Shown piece after piece: positions 12,901 through 25,816 of a stretch of DNA of 64,000 nucleotides. The DNA is taken from assembly GCA_013265495.1 (NCBI GenBank), contig MU058059.1:620001-684000 (forward strand), written 5' to 3'. Made by a program: the position numbers and the translations under genes. This DNA comes from Vicugna vicugna. Its lineage: Eukaryota. Each line of letters starts with the position of its first letter. Position 1 is the first letter of the stretch. The notes under the pieces are model-generated. The model worked only from the letters and a program-made list of their open reading frames with translations. It did no database searches and was not told where the DNA came from.

Positions 12901-13490
12901 CTCCCTTGTAGGATCTAGCAAGTGTGTCTTATACCATATGCTCAAAGTCCAAGTAAACTCTCTGATCACCTGCCTGGGGTACTTGGTGTTGCAGAATCTG
13001 AGACATCAGACACAGGGATCTCTGTGAGGTATAAACCATTTCTACCACACTGTATCCCACACAGCCAGCATGAATCTTTTGCTCTCCCTCTATCAATTCC
13101 TCCTGATCTTCTTGTGATCTTTATTTCAGTTGGATCTTTATCATCCAGCCACTCAAGCCAGAAACTCTGTGGTTACCCCCAAATCTCTCCTCCTCTTAAT
13201 ATTCGAAATCTAGTAACCAGTCCATATGATTCTGGCTTCTAAATATTTTTCAAAGTTATTGCCTTTTTGGTTTTCTTGTAGTCCATGCCTCAGATGAGGC
13301 TCTTAGCAATTCTCATCTAGGGGACTGTCTTAGTCAACTAAGTGATTTCTCTGTGGACACAATCGCTCCTTCCTAGTTACCTACCACACTACTACCAAAA
13401 ATGACCTTCAAGAATAAAAATGTATTTATGTCACTGTCCAACCTTGAGACCACTTACCTACTCCCCATCACATGAGCCTGGTATATAAGT

Positions 13491-13610
13491 AAGGTGATTA
13501 TCTCATCCTGTTTCTCCAATATTGGCCAATGCTCCAGCATAGTTATTAAATGACTCACTTTTAATAGGCAAAAGTCCCCCAGTGTGGACAATGCATGATT
13601 AGGTAACTTT
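13491..13610 (+). mobile_element. hAT-Blackjack DNA transposon, MER94-like, within L2 remnants
   Basis: Degenerate TIRs aaggtgattat...attaggtaacttt. Internal tccagcatagttattaaat...caaaagtccccagtgtggac. Confidence 0.55.
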
Positions 13611-15231
13611 GTTAATGATGTTCTTCATGATATAGTTTCCACCTACATTTTTTGCTGTCTGCCTGGTGAACACCTTGTCATCCTTCTAAGTCACCTGCTT
13701 CACCAGGAGTAGTCAGAGGTTCCTCTGATTTTGCTCATGGTTCTGTTATCATACATGGATAATATGCATGTCATATGGCGAGTGGGGAGGCAAAGACCAA
13801 GCCACAGTTATCTCTGCAAAACTAGGATCTAGTAGAGGATTAGACATGTAAGTGCCTCTTGCAGAGCCAGATGGAACATCACTTTGGCAACAGTTCAAAA
13901 TATATTTCCTAACATCAGACCAGTCACATATATTTATGTACAAAATAAATGATTAAAATATGCTTTATAAATAGTGCCTGGGGTTTTCAATGTTTTAATA
14001 CTTAAGATCAATCTGACATCATATAATCTATTCTATTAATTATTACAATAGTAAAAATAATAACAAGAATTATTCCTTAAGATAAGTTTAGCAAATAGAA
14101 GGACATATTGGTGACTTTAATTGATAAAAATCATTTCTTTTTATAGACTATGAATCTTTATTCAGGTCAGAGATTGTATCTTCCCTGCACTCTATAAGGT
14201 GTCTTACACGCTGTCAACACTCCATGCAGTGTAGAACAGCAGTGATAATTAGGCTTTTATATTTGTGCTCATTATCCAGAACAAAGGCTGTACATTATAC
14301 TGAAGCACAATGACTTCTCTCATTTGAATATTTACAGTCCTGTCAACTTGAAGAGAATATTATGTACTGTTAATCAAAGGAAGAGTTTCATATTCTCACA
14401 CGCAAAGGATACACTTTTTACATAAAAGTTAGAAGCCACAAGCATTTGAGCTTAAAAAAATACAGAAAAAATTCCATATAAATCAAGGTCACCCGAATAC
14501 GTGAGCCAACTCACAGCAAGTATTTTGTTGAATTCTTTATTTGTGGGACTATTAAGACTTAGAAGGAGGCAGAGTAATTCCAATAATGCATAGGGTTTGA
14601 GTTTGGGTGATGGGGGGTGTCTCTGACTTAGCATCTTCTTTCCCCTTCCCCTTCAAATCACATTCCTTGCAATTACCAAAGAGGAATTTCCTCCACTCAT
14701 GGTACCTGTCTAGATTATTACACAATACTACTGCCAGGGGCAAGAGGAACACATATCTTTAGTCCTCAAGGAGCAACGGTAAAGATTAATAGTAACTCTT
14801 TCTGCTCGGCAGTCATATTGCAAAGGCAATGTCTTTGTTTCCTCCTGCAGAACTAAGATTAATTCAGGACCAACCTGAAGGGTTTAAAAAGTCTATAAAA
14901 TTGCAGAGTTCTTGAAGCTAATAATGATCATTTATAGCTTTTCATGAGAAGTGGACAGATAAGAAGAGCAGTGATGTAGTCTATTACAAATATAATACTG
15001 GACTTGGAATCCAAACACCTTAGCTGTAGGTCTAGGCCTGATAATAATAACAACAGCAGCAGCAACAACAATAATGAGAGCTATCAATTACTGGACACCA
15101 AATTTATGGCAGACACCAGTAAGCGGCCACATGGGGGACAGTGGGGGTGAGATAGAAAGGGCCAGTGAAGCCTTCATAGAGGAGATCAGGTAGAAATTGA
15201 CATCTGGTGAGTGAGCAAGAGTTAGTGAGAT

Positions 15232-15673
<442 letters not shown>

Positions 15674-17544
15674 AAGAGTCAGTGAGATGAATTTGGGAAG
15701 AAGAGAAAGGTGCTCATGGAAGAAAGATGCATACACAAAAGTGTGTGCCCATAACCACGACTCATTTATAGAGAATCGCATTGTTCAGTTTGTCTGAATC
15801 ACAGAATTTTAGGGCGAGGGGATAAAAACATATTAACCCACAAAGTCAAGCAGAGGCAAGATTATAAAGTGCTTTAAATATATCACTAAAGCAATACAGA
15901 ATAATTAAAGAATTTTAGACAGGGGAGTGCAATGTTTAGATTGGTGTCTGGGATGCAGAAAGATAGCTGTGAGTGTCAAAATGGGGATGGACTGGAGAGC
16001 AGCCCAGCCTCGGGTGGGGAAAGCAGGTCAGAGGCAGGTGCGGCACTAATACCAAATCTCAGTGAGAGATGACAGCCAAATCAGTGAGCATTATGAAGAG
16101 GCGAAAGATCTAGGACTTGGATGTTGGCTTGACATGTTGGTAGTGCATGCTCTGGAGAAAAGGAAAGACCCCACATTGACACCCAGTTGTTTGGCTTTGG
16201 GAACTGAGGGAAAGGAAGGGACCCTCACTAGGATAGGATAAAAGGAGAAAGAAAACAGTCTGGAAGAAGATGAAAGTTTTACATATAAGCACATTGAGCC
16301 TGACAGGCTGGGGAGACATCGAAGGGAAGTTATCTACTGGGCAGAAATCTGTTGAGGCTTAGAATTCCATGAGTCATAGCTTCAGGCTCCATTATTTCCT
16401 AATGAAACCTCATTAGTGTTGCATCACCCAGGAAGATGGTGTAGAATTGAGGTCGGACAAAATCTCAGGAGAGAAGTCTCAGGAATACCACGTTATAGGC
16501 ACAGAACTGGCCAAGGATGCTGAGAATGGGTAGACAAAGAGGGAGAAGGAAATCTCAAAAACTGAGGGAAAGAATATTTTAAATATTTAAATTGCTTATG
16601 AAGACACATTCCAAAGGAGTCAAACAAGGTAAAGACCTGGAAGTGACCGCAGAGGATTAAAACATGGTAATCATAGATGATCTTGGCAAAAACACTTTCT
16701 ACAAAGATTGGAGAGCAGTCGCCAGATGACAGGGGGTTGAAGAGTAAATAAAAGTAAAGCAGGAAATAGAGTTCTTCTGAGAAGCTTGAGGGCGAAGGGA
16801 AGGGAAGAACATGGGCCACGTCCACTGAGATCACAGACCTCAGGAGGGTTTCTTTGCTGAAGATGGAAATACTCAACGCAATTAGCTGTCATAGCAAAGA
16901 TGCTACAAAAAGGGAAATGATAACACAATGAGGGTGGATGATTAACAGACTAGGTCCTAGGGAGGTGGAAGTGGATGGGATTCAAAACAAAACTGGGAGG
17001 ATGGGGCTTAAACAGAGAGGCTGGGGTGGGGAGGGGTATGGCGGGAGGGGGTGTTGAGATCCCACAGTGAGACTAAAGGGGAGAGGATGAACAGAAATGC
17101 TGATGATCAGGCAGCAGAAAGTTGCAAGAATTCCTATTACATTGTTTCCTTCCTCTTACCTCTCTTTTCTCAGTTCAGTAAGAGTCCAAGTCATTTGCTG
17201 AGAACAGATTGAGCCATAGCACAGCGCACTTGGAAAAAAAAAATAGATTTTTTAAAGTAGCATGAGTAGAGAAAGGAAAGAACCAATTAGAAAACCAGAA
17301 GGGAACCCAGGTTTGGTTAAAAGTATGAAAGCAAGTATTGACAGGGGCGCAAAAATGTGAGCTTTCTCCAGTGGGTCTCCTTGGTGGGGTGTCGGTCCTT
17401 GAGAAATCAGGCTCTTGGGCTGACCTCCAGCTGGGCACTGAGGAGCATGTGCCATGGAAGGGGACTGAGATGAGGAAGATGAAATGGTACATCATTTCAC
17501 TGCATTCTCCTCGTATCTCTCCAAAGAAAGGTATCGTTACCCTC

Positions 17545-18200
17545 ATTTTTTTATTATAGTTGGTTTACATCATTGTGTTAATTTCTGGTGTACAGCATAG
17601 TGGTTCAGTTATAGATACATATTCCTTTTCATATTCTTTGTCATAATAGGCTATCACAAAGCACTGAATATAGTTCCCTGTGCTATACAGTAGGACCTTG
17701 TTTATCTATTTTATATATAGTATATCCCACATTCCCAATTTATCCCTCCTCCCTTGGTAACCACAAGTTTGTTTTCTATGTCTGGGAGTCTGTTTTGTAT
17801 ATAAGTTCATTTATGTCATTTTTTTAGATTCCACATGTAAGTGATATCATGTAGTGTCTTTCTTTCTCTTTCTGGCTTACTTCACCTAGTATGATGATCT
17901 CTAGGTCCAAATAATGCAAATAATGCAAATGACACTATTTTATTCTTTTTGTGGCTGAGTAGTATTCCGTTGTATAAATATATCACAACTTCTTTATCCA
18001 GTCACCTGTCAATGGATATTTAGGTTGTTTCCATGTCTTGGCTATTGTAAATAGTGCTGTTATGAACACTGAAAACACTGGATCTTTTCAAGTTAGAGTT
18101 CCCTCCGGATATATGTCCAGGAGTGGGATTGCTGGGTCATATGGTAAGTCTATCTTTAGTTTCTGAAAGAATCTCCATCCTGTTTTCCATAGCGGCTGCC
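17545..18200 (-). mobile_element. Cetartiodactyl L1 3' end inserted into a MIR
   Basis: Poly-T plus reverse L1 3'UTR/ORF2 end. TSD-like ccctcatttt / ccctcctttt. The MIR resumes at ttacagagg. Confidence 0.9.
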
Positions 18201-19414
18201 CTCCTTTTTACAGAGGATGGAATGATCACTCACTGACTGATGTTTGCCCAGTCTCACCCAGCTGCACAGACCCAGTTGAGAGTCAGCTGGACCTTCGGGA
18301 TCAAAGCCTCTGCTCCCGCTACTGCACTGCCCCGCTGCCAGCCACGGGCTACTAACCTCAACAGAAGGAATGGGGGGAGGGCTTGCTCTGTTTCCATTCT
18401 GGGGCAATTGTGCTCCAGGTTATTACACACAAAACATTTGAGCCCCTGGAAGAAAAGCATTCTGCTAATTTAGGAGATATGTAAACAGTGTCCCAAATTG
18501 CTCAAAGCCATGTTCACACAGTGATATGCTCATTTATGATATATGATTATTAAAACCCCATCTCAGAGGGGTTTTTCTTTTTTTTTTTGGTTTTTATGTT
18601 TTGGGTTTTTTTTTGTTTTCTGTTTTTTTGGTTCCCAGTGCTTTTCATTTGCCTTAGTGGCAGATGCTTTATGCTGGGAAAAAAAGAAACGATCTGCACA
18701 GAGGGCCCTATAAGGCTTTACGGCAGAAGCTGTAAACCAGAATCACACGCTCATCCAAGCACAGACCTCCTCCCTCATCCCTGTGGTGGTGATTTATGCT
18801 GCTGGGCTAAAGCTGCTCTCAAAACACGGGAAAGAAGGCAAAATAATATTCTACAATTAGGTATGTGATTGTAGCCAAGGAATTTAAAATGTTTTAACAA
18901 GGTCGTTTCAATTCCCACTTTATAAAGAGGGAACTCAATAAAAACGAGCAGCATTTCCTCACCTTTTCCTTCTGAGGCTCTGAGTACAATTCTCAGCAGT
19001 CCTCAGAGTTCAATTAGCTCCAAAGCTTAACACTTACTTTTGAATGCTGAACTCTTTGGACGTAAATCCAATGAATGCATTGATTTTTTTAAGAGAAATG
19101 TACTGATGTCTTTTTTCAGGGCCCCCAATATGGTCTGACCCCTGGAGGTCTAGGAGAAATGAGGCAGGAAGCAGGTATCTAGCGGTGCACTGAGTCCTCC
19201 TCCTCCCAGGCTGCGTCTTCTTGGTCTTCCTCCTTTCGCTGAGGGAAGACGGCTGCTCAGAGGCCCTGATGATGTTTTCCTGCACATCCCACCCAGAGGC
19301 ATGGACAGCCCAGAAGACAGGCCGCCCCGACGGAGGCCAGTAAGCCAATCCCAGTCAGGACAGGCTCAAGAAATGGGAAGAGCTCAATTCCATTTAGGCC
19401 CTCATCAAATCCAA

Positions 19415-19745
19415 AAAAAGAAAAGACACTAATGAACTCATCTACAGAACAGAAACAGACTCAGAGATACAGCAAACAAACTTTTGGTTACCAGGGGGAA
19501 AAGAGGGTGGGAAAGGATAAATTGGGAGCTTGAGATTCACAAATACTAACCACTATATATAAAATAGATAAAAAACAAATTTCTACTGTATAGCACAGGG
19601 AACTATATTCAGTATCTTGCAGTAACCTATAATGAAAAAGAATATGAAAAGGAATATATGTATGTATGTGAATGATTAAAACATTATGTTGTACACCAGA
19701 AACTGACACACTGTAACTGACTATACTTCAATTTAAAAAAAAAAA
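19415..19745 (+). mobile_element. Camelid-type L1 3' end
   Basis: gaactcatctacagaacagaaacagactc...tagcacagggaactatattc...poly-A. Short TSD aaatccaa. Confidence 0.9.
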
Positions 19746-20520
19746 TCCAATGGGAAGCAACCATTATGCAAGAAATAAGTTACCTTTGATATGCCCCCAT
19801 GTTAATTGTCTGATATAGAATTTATCAACAAAACTGCTCCCCAAATGCTTATCATATCATTAAATAATAATGCATACATAGAAAGAAAATGTAGTCAAAT
19901 ATGTTTTTGAAAGGCAATACACAACTCACCCATCACTTTTAATGGAATCATCTTTAAAACTACTAGGTGACAAGTTTTAGTTTTCTGTTACAAAGATACT
20001 GAGGAAACCGCTACAGTCAATAAAGTAAGACTAACAGAATTAGCAGCTGTTCTTGCTGGAACTTTGCACCTTGTTAACATTGGTAGAGTGGACGCTACTG
20101 TCTGCTGCAAAGCAGCTCATTTTATATTAAGTACTTACAGTAGACACCTATAATGAGACAGTCACTGGACATGAATGTCTGATCACTCTATCTCATGTCA
20201 TCATCTTTTAAATTCCTCAAACTTACTAATGCCTGCACAGGAATCTGTGGCATCTAAGACAGTCCTCTTTGTTTTATGCTCTTTCCTCACTGGTCTGTTA
20301 TAACTGATTAAAATGTTTTTCTAACCACATATTTCTATCTCATTTAAAAGATTAGACAGTAAACAGTTCTTCAATTAGAAAAGAAACTGGTATTTCCTAT
20401 TAACTTGGATGGCGGGGTAAGCTGATGTCACGCACCACCTGATGCGAGGTGAGTGCCCAGCACCAGCTATGAATAATTGTTTCTGAAAATGCTCCTTCCG
20501 AATGCAGTCAGACCTTAGAC

Positions 20521-20850
20521 CTGCACTGCCCGGTATGGCAGCCACCAGCCACACATCCCCACTGAGCACTTAAGATGTGATTAGTCCAAACTGAGATGTA
20601 TAAGCGTAAAATATTCACTGGATTTCAAAGACTTAGAATAAAAATAAAAAGAAAGTAAAATAGCTCATTAATAATTATTATATTGATTACATGTTTGATT
20701 CTATTTTAGCTCTATTCAGTTAAATAAAATATATTATTAAATTAATTTCACCTGTTTCTTTTCACATATTTAAGGTGGCAACTAGGAAACTTAAAATCAT
20801 TAATGTGCCTCTCATCTGGGGCTCTCGTTACACTACTAATGAAGAGTGCC
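20521..20850 (-). mobile_element. hAT-Charlie MITE, MER33-like
   Basis: About 330 bp. ctgcactgcccggtatggcagccaccagccaca...taaataaaatatattattaaattaatttcacctgtttctttt matches the reverse complement of MER33. Confidence 0.85.
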
Positions 20851-20940
20851 ACCTTACACTCAACTTCTAGTTTACAGGTAGTACAGAAGTAAGAAGTTAA
20901 AAGGCACCAAAGTGGAAACAATTAGCCAAATTTAAAATGA

Positions 20941-21048
20941 GGAACATACTACAGCAAATAGGAAACATACTACAGGAAAATGGAGAACACACTACAGAAA
21001 AATGGGGGAGGTACTACAGCAAAATGGGTAACATACTACAGCAAACTC
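20941..21048. repeat. Imperfect ~21-bp tandem repeat, about 5 copies
   Basis: Recurring core (aacat)actacag(c/g/a)aaa. Confidence 0.8.
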
Positions 21049-21952
21049 AGAAACAGACTAGAGCAATGTCTAGACTGTGAACCTACGTCAACAAAGTGGG
21101 TCACTAAAACTACAGCTCCCCCAAAGGAGCATCGCCTAGGTCATTCATCTCAGGTGACCTTAGAGGGTAATGAATAAAGAGATTCTCCCTGATTTCAGAA
21201 CCAAGAGCAAGACTTGAATCCCTGGTCAAAAGATGAAACCTCCAGCTTTGGCCAGGGCAGGAAGTCCTTTCTAATTTTGTCCCATGTGATATCAGACCGA
21301 CCAGGGACCCTTGTTTGTTGTTTTCCATACTCCCCCTTTCCAATGTGGGAGATGCTTTCCAACCTTTATTGTGAAAAATTTTAAACATACACTAAAGTAG
21401 AAGAAATCATATAATGAACAGTTCATCACTTGATTCAACAATCACCAACATTTTGAAAATAGTTTTTAAAAACTCTCCCCCCATTTTCTTTGCTATAATA
21501 TTTTTAAGTGGGAGTTTTTAACTTTTTCTACTGCCCTGATCTTCTTCCTCTGTCAACCATTGTATATTGAATTGTTTGCAGTGATAAACTCTTTATTTAA
21601 CATGTGCAAGCACATCATTAGATGCTACATGCCATCTGCATAAGTCACAGAAGTCTTAGAGCCCGTGGCTGTACAGTACCAACAATGGCAGGAGCCTTTG
21701 GTGTGCCTCTCTGGCAAAGAGGTGACTTCCAATTGCATGTGGTTAGGGATTTTTGAAGGTGCATATTCACAGGTGAAAATGATATGGCCACCACACTGCT
21801 CTCCTTGGGTTTCAGACTACCCTATTTCTTTGTTAAGAAAAGTCCTTCCTAGTCAAATATAAAACTCAACTGATTTAAAAACTAATAATGCCTTGTGCTT
21901 GTCTAGAACTTAAAACGCACTCACATGAGAAAACTGCTTTAAGAGGCAACGG

Positions 21953-22458
21953 TGTAACAGAAAAGAACAAACCTGACTCCATATTAGATCTGTTCCTTTG
22001 GCTTTAACCCAGTGCTGTCTCCTGGGCTGGTTCGGCGCCTTGTAAAAGAATGTTGCCTAAAGCCTGAAATATACAGGGTGGCCTATTTTCAGGCGCCGAC
22101 CTTTAAGGGTATAACACTTTTTCATTCATACAGAGAGAAAAGGTTGCAGGACAGATAATAACATTTGTCTTGTTGGAGGTTTACAGGAACACTGTGACCT
22201 GACCTACGTGGACAGCTGCAGGAACAAAGGATTCTGACACCAAGAAATTTGCAACAACCAACCACACCTTCCTCCCCTTTCTAGTATAAAAGGAGCTTGA
22301 ATTCTGACTTGGGGAAGATGGTTCTCCAGGATGTTAGTCTGCCATCTTCTCAGTCTGCGGGCTTCCCAAATAAAGTAGCTATTCCTTCCCTCAACAGCTC
22401 ATTTCCCAATTTACTGGCCTGTCGTGCAGAAAGCAGAACAAGTTTGGACTCAGTAACT
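21953..22458 (+). mobile_element. ERV1 solo LTR, cetartiodactyl MER41-like (copy 1)
   Basis: tgtaacag...cagtaac termini, TATAAAA at about 22285 and AATAAA at about 22369. Flanks share cgg(t). Homologous to 23572-24084 and 25817-26332. Confidence 0.88.
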
Positions 22459-23327
22459 CGGTAGGTTATGAATAAGTCAAAGGCATGAAATCTAAATCTA
22501 AAACTAGAAGTCAGTCATCATCATCATTGTAGGCTTTGAGCCCTAGATAAGGTGAACTATCTTTTTCTATGTCAAACTCAGGGTGGAAGAGAAAAAAGCT
22601 TGATTTGCATTACCTTCGAGAAATTTAAATGAAAATGGAGGTGTGAGAGGAGGTGTGTGTGAAAGACAGTGGAAGAAGGAGGGCAGAGACCGCTGAAGGT
22701 AACAACTAAAGTAGTGCAGCGTGTTCCTCAACGCATTGGCAGTCTGGGAAGCAGGCTTCTGCTGGCACTCAGCTTAAGAGGCTACAGGCTGTCAGCCTGA
22801 ATACTGAGGGTGCTGAGATCTCATACAGTTTAAAAATTTCGTTTACTGGCTGCAGGGAAGCAGTGAATATTCCAAAGGTTTCTTCTGGTTTGAGCCTTTC
22901 AGGTTTCCTTGCTTCTTGGTCACACAGTACAACACATGTCGGGGTGCAAATGTCAAAAATGGGTCCACTCTCCCCTCTGTAAAGAGGTAATTCTCACCTG
23001 GTAAATACCACTTAACCATTTCAAAATAGCCTTAAAGAGAAATGGCAGTGACACTGAGGAGATGCCCTAGGATGTTTTAGGGAGATTAAAAAAAAAATGT
23101 ATTTTCCTTTAAGAACTTCTTTGAGACCATTATTTTCTGGCTAGGTATTTGTTTGGATTTCTTAATTTTTTTAATGAGTAAACTTTAAGCTAAAATGCTT
23201 ACATACTTTGTTATCTATGTAAAGCAAATAAGTTTGTCATTGTGGTCATTTCTTTAATCATGACACTGAAAATGTACTGCAGCAGCATAAGAAAAATAAA
23301 ATGGTATTTCAAAGTTCTGCACATAAC

Positions 23328-24175
23328 TGTAAGTGACTTAATACACAAATAGTGGCAAGACCATATATGACAACGGAACACGGACCCACAGCCGGCAGCA
23401 ATAGGTCCAGATGATCAGTGCTTTATCAAAGACCGCCAGCTTCTATATTTTACATCCCTGCTTCCAACGCAGAACCAATAAGAGAAAGACAAACATACTC
23501 CTCAGACCAACCCCAGATGAGGCCCATTTCTTCTCAGCGCAACTTTACCTTCCCCAGCCACAACCTCCAACTGTTACCAAGTTCAGGCTCATACTGCTCA
23601 CCTCATGACAGGCTACTAAATCAAGAGATGAGGTGTTGGGCAAGGAATAGCAACTTTATTCAGAAAACCAGCAGACTGAGAAGAAGGCAGACTCATGTCC
23701 TGGAGAAGCATCTTCCTCAAATCAGGATTCATGCTTCTTTTATATTAAAAAAGGGAGGGGATATGGTTAGTTGTTGCAAACTTCTTGGTGTCAGAATCCT
23801 TTGTTCTTGCACCTGTCCACATAGGTCAGGTCACAGTGTCCCTATAAACCTCCAACAAGACAAATGTTATTCTCTGTTCTGCAACTTTTTATCTCTATGA
23901 ATGAAAAAGCATTACCTTTAAAAGTAAGAGCCTTGAGAATGGGGTATCCATACACTTCAGGCTCCAGGCAACATTCTTTTACAAAGAGTGCAGAACCAGC
24001 GTGGCTAAGCCCAGGCAACAGAGCACAGGGTTAGAGTGGAAGGAACAGAGCCAGTGTGGAGTCAGGCTGTTCTTCTCTGTTACACAATGTGGACACACCT
24101 GCGTCTTCCTTTTTTCCACAACAGGATTTTCCTACTCTTCTGCCTGCCTTTGAGTCTCTGCCGAAAGCAAGTAAC
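23328..24175 (+). mobile_element. Older ERV1 5' LTR, MER110/MER89-like, split by MER41-like copy 2
   Basis: gaccgccagcttc...gcttccaacgcagaaccaataagagaaagacaaa...caacctccaa on the left continues as ...ctgcctgcctttgagtctctgccgaaagcaagt on the right of the insertion. Confidence 0.7.
23572..24084 (-). mobile_element. ERV1 solo LTR, MER41-like (copy 2)
   Basis: tgttacc...tctgttaca termini. 4-bp TSD caac/caat. Reverse-complement homolog of copies 1 and 3. Confidence 0.9.
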
Positions 24176-25760
24176 AAAGTGACAATTTCACCAAAACAGC
24201 CCGCTTTGTCCACTGTTGTGGACCTCAGTCTTTGACCAGGTGTGGTATGCACAGAATCGCCTTGTTGTTTGCTGCTGGCAGCCAGTGGAGGCCTTGGCAA
24301 GGTTGAGAGTCAGCGCCAAGTCTGAATTCCACCCCCTCTGTGTTGTGATTCTCAGCTCTTTACATTCTCAGGTTGGTAACAGGGTTTTGTTAGTGATTTT
24401 CATGTTTGGCATCCTGGGTAGAATGAGGCTGTTCCTTTTCATTGTCTTTTTGTTTCTCTCTGCTAGTGTCGTGTTGTGCGTTGTTCATCATAAGGAGAAT
24501 CACAAGGTAGAAACCTATAAGCCTCTTGTTCTAGCCGGCCTCACAGGCCGGTGAATTTGTAGTTTTCGTGGAATCTGTGTCCATTTGGACAAACTTTGCT
24601 ATAGGTCACCAGTAAAGCCTAATGAAGTTCGTTCCTTCCTCAATTTTTTGGTCCTGAGAGGTTGGCTTTGATCCAAAAAGAGCATTCTCTGGTTTTTTCA
24701 CCTGCTGACGGTGAGGATGGAAGCGGTACAGACTGTCAAGTCTGTGGTCAGAGCAGCCAACCATCAGGGCCTGCATGAGCATTACAAGCATCACATTCCT
24801 CCCTACCATGGCCAGCTCTCACCTAAGTCTAAACCCGCTCCTCTGCCTGTAAAGACTCCTGCCTCTTCTGTGTACTTTCATTTTAATCCACATTCTTTTC
24901 CCTACCTTCCCATTCATGTGGCTTCACCAAGGGTAATTTGGATCTTCAGTGACCACTCTGGGGAGCATATGATTTGAACAAAACTGTTCATTTAAGAGGC
25001 ACCTTAGGAGAGAAATGACAAGATTTTATAACCCCAATGGGCAGCATCATGTAATGACTGGTATTGCAGAGGACTCCAAGGGAAATTCTCACTCACACTT
25101 TATTTCAATAAAAGATTCTTTGGCCAAAGCAAATGAGCCAGTTTACAAACTTAAAGAACAACCTAGACTCATTTCCCTAGTGAGTATCCCCCATTTTTGT
25201 CTTCTAGTTGCCTCCAGAGATCCAGTTGTCCCTCCTCCCCCTTATCCTTCTGATTTCTCTCCTGCACCTCCTCTTTATTCTTCCACTTGTCCAGGCCCCC
25301 TACCTTTTTCCCAGCAACTCCCCTAATACCCCAAAAGACCAGTTGCCTCTATGGGTCCATTTCTCTCATAAGCCAAGCATGAGGCGACTGTAGAACTGAA
25401 GCCTTGGACTCAAGCCAAAATAGGAGCTATTTATAAGGATTTCTCTAAAGCAAGGCTTGAATACTGGATGGCAGAAGCTGAATAGACTCATCTGTAAAGG
25501 GACCTATAACATCCCTATTTCCACAATAAACCTGAGAGTCAAAAAGGGGCCTGAAATGTATGGCAGTCTCCTAAAGTCTATAACCAAAATGTTTTAAATA
25601 AAAATCGATTGCATCATAATTTTCTCTGCAAATAGAAAAAAGATGAAACTACAGGAGATTTTGGTACTGGACTAGACAATACCTTCCAATATGTGGAAGT
25701 TAAAGAAAATCCTTATTCCACATAGAAAGAAATCCAAGATAGCTTCCTAGGGGATGAAAG
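24176..25760 (+). pseudogene. ERV1 (MER4-group) internal leader and decayed gag
   Basis: Gag-like remnants TPASSVYFHFNPHSFPYL, a Pro-rich linker (PVVPPPPYPSDFSPAPPLY), and VELKPWTQAKIGAIYKDFSK. Many stops and frameshifts; no pol, env or 3' LTR seen. Confidence 0.65.
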
Positions 25761-25816
25761 ATCATGTGGAGAGGTTCTGGTCATCCTCTTCCTCCTTACC
25801 AGCTCCTGAGTCCCCA

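Noticed and set aside
20941..21048. CRISPR-like repeat array
   Set aside because: Mammalian context, degenerate adjacent units with no unique constant-length spacers, and no cas genes.
23418..23900. 160-aa ORF with a similar ORF at 25934-26137 (-), suggesting a small gene family
   Set aside because: Both are antisense readings of the same LTR family, so the similarity only reflects LTR homology.
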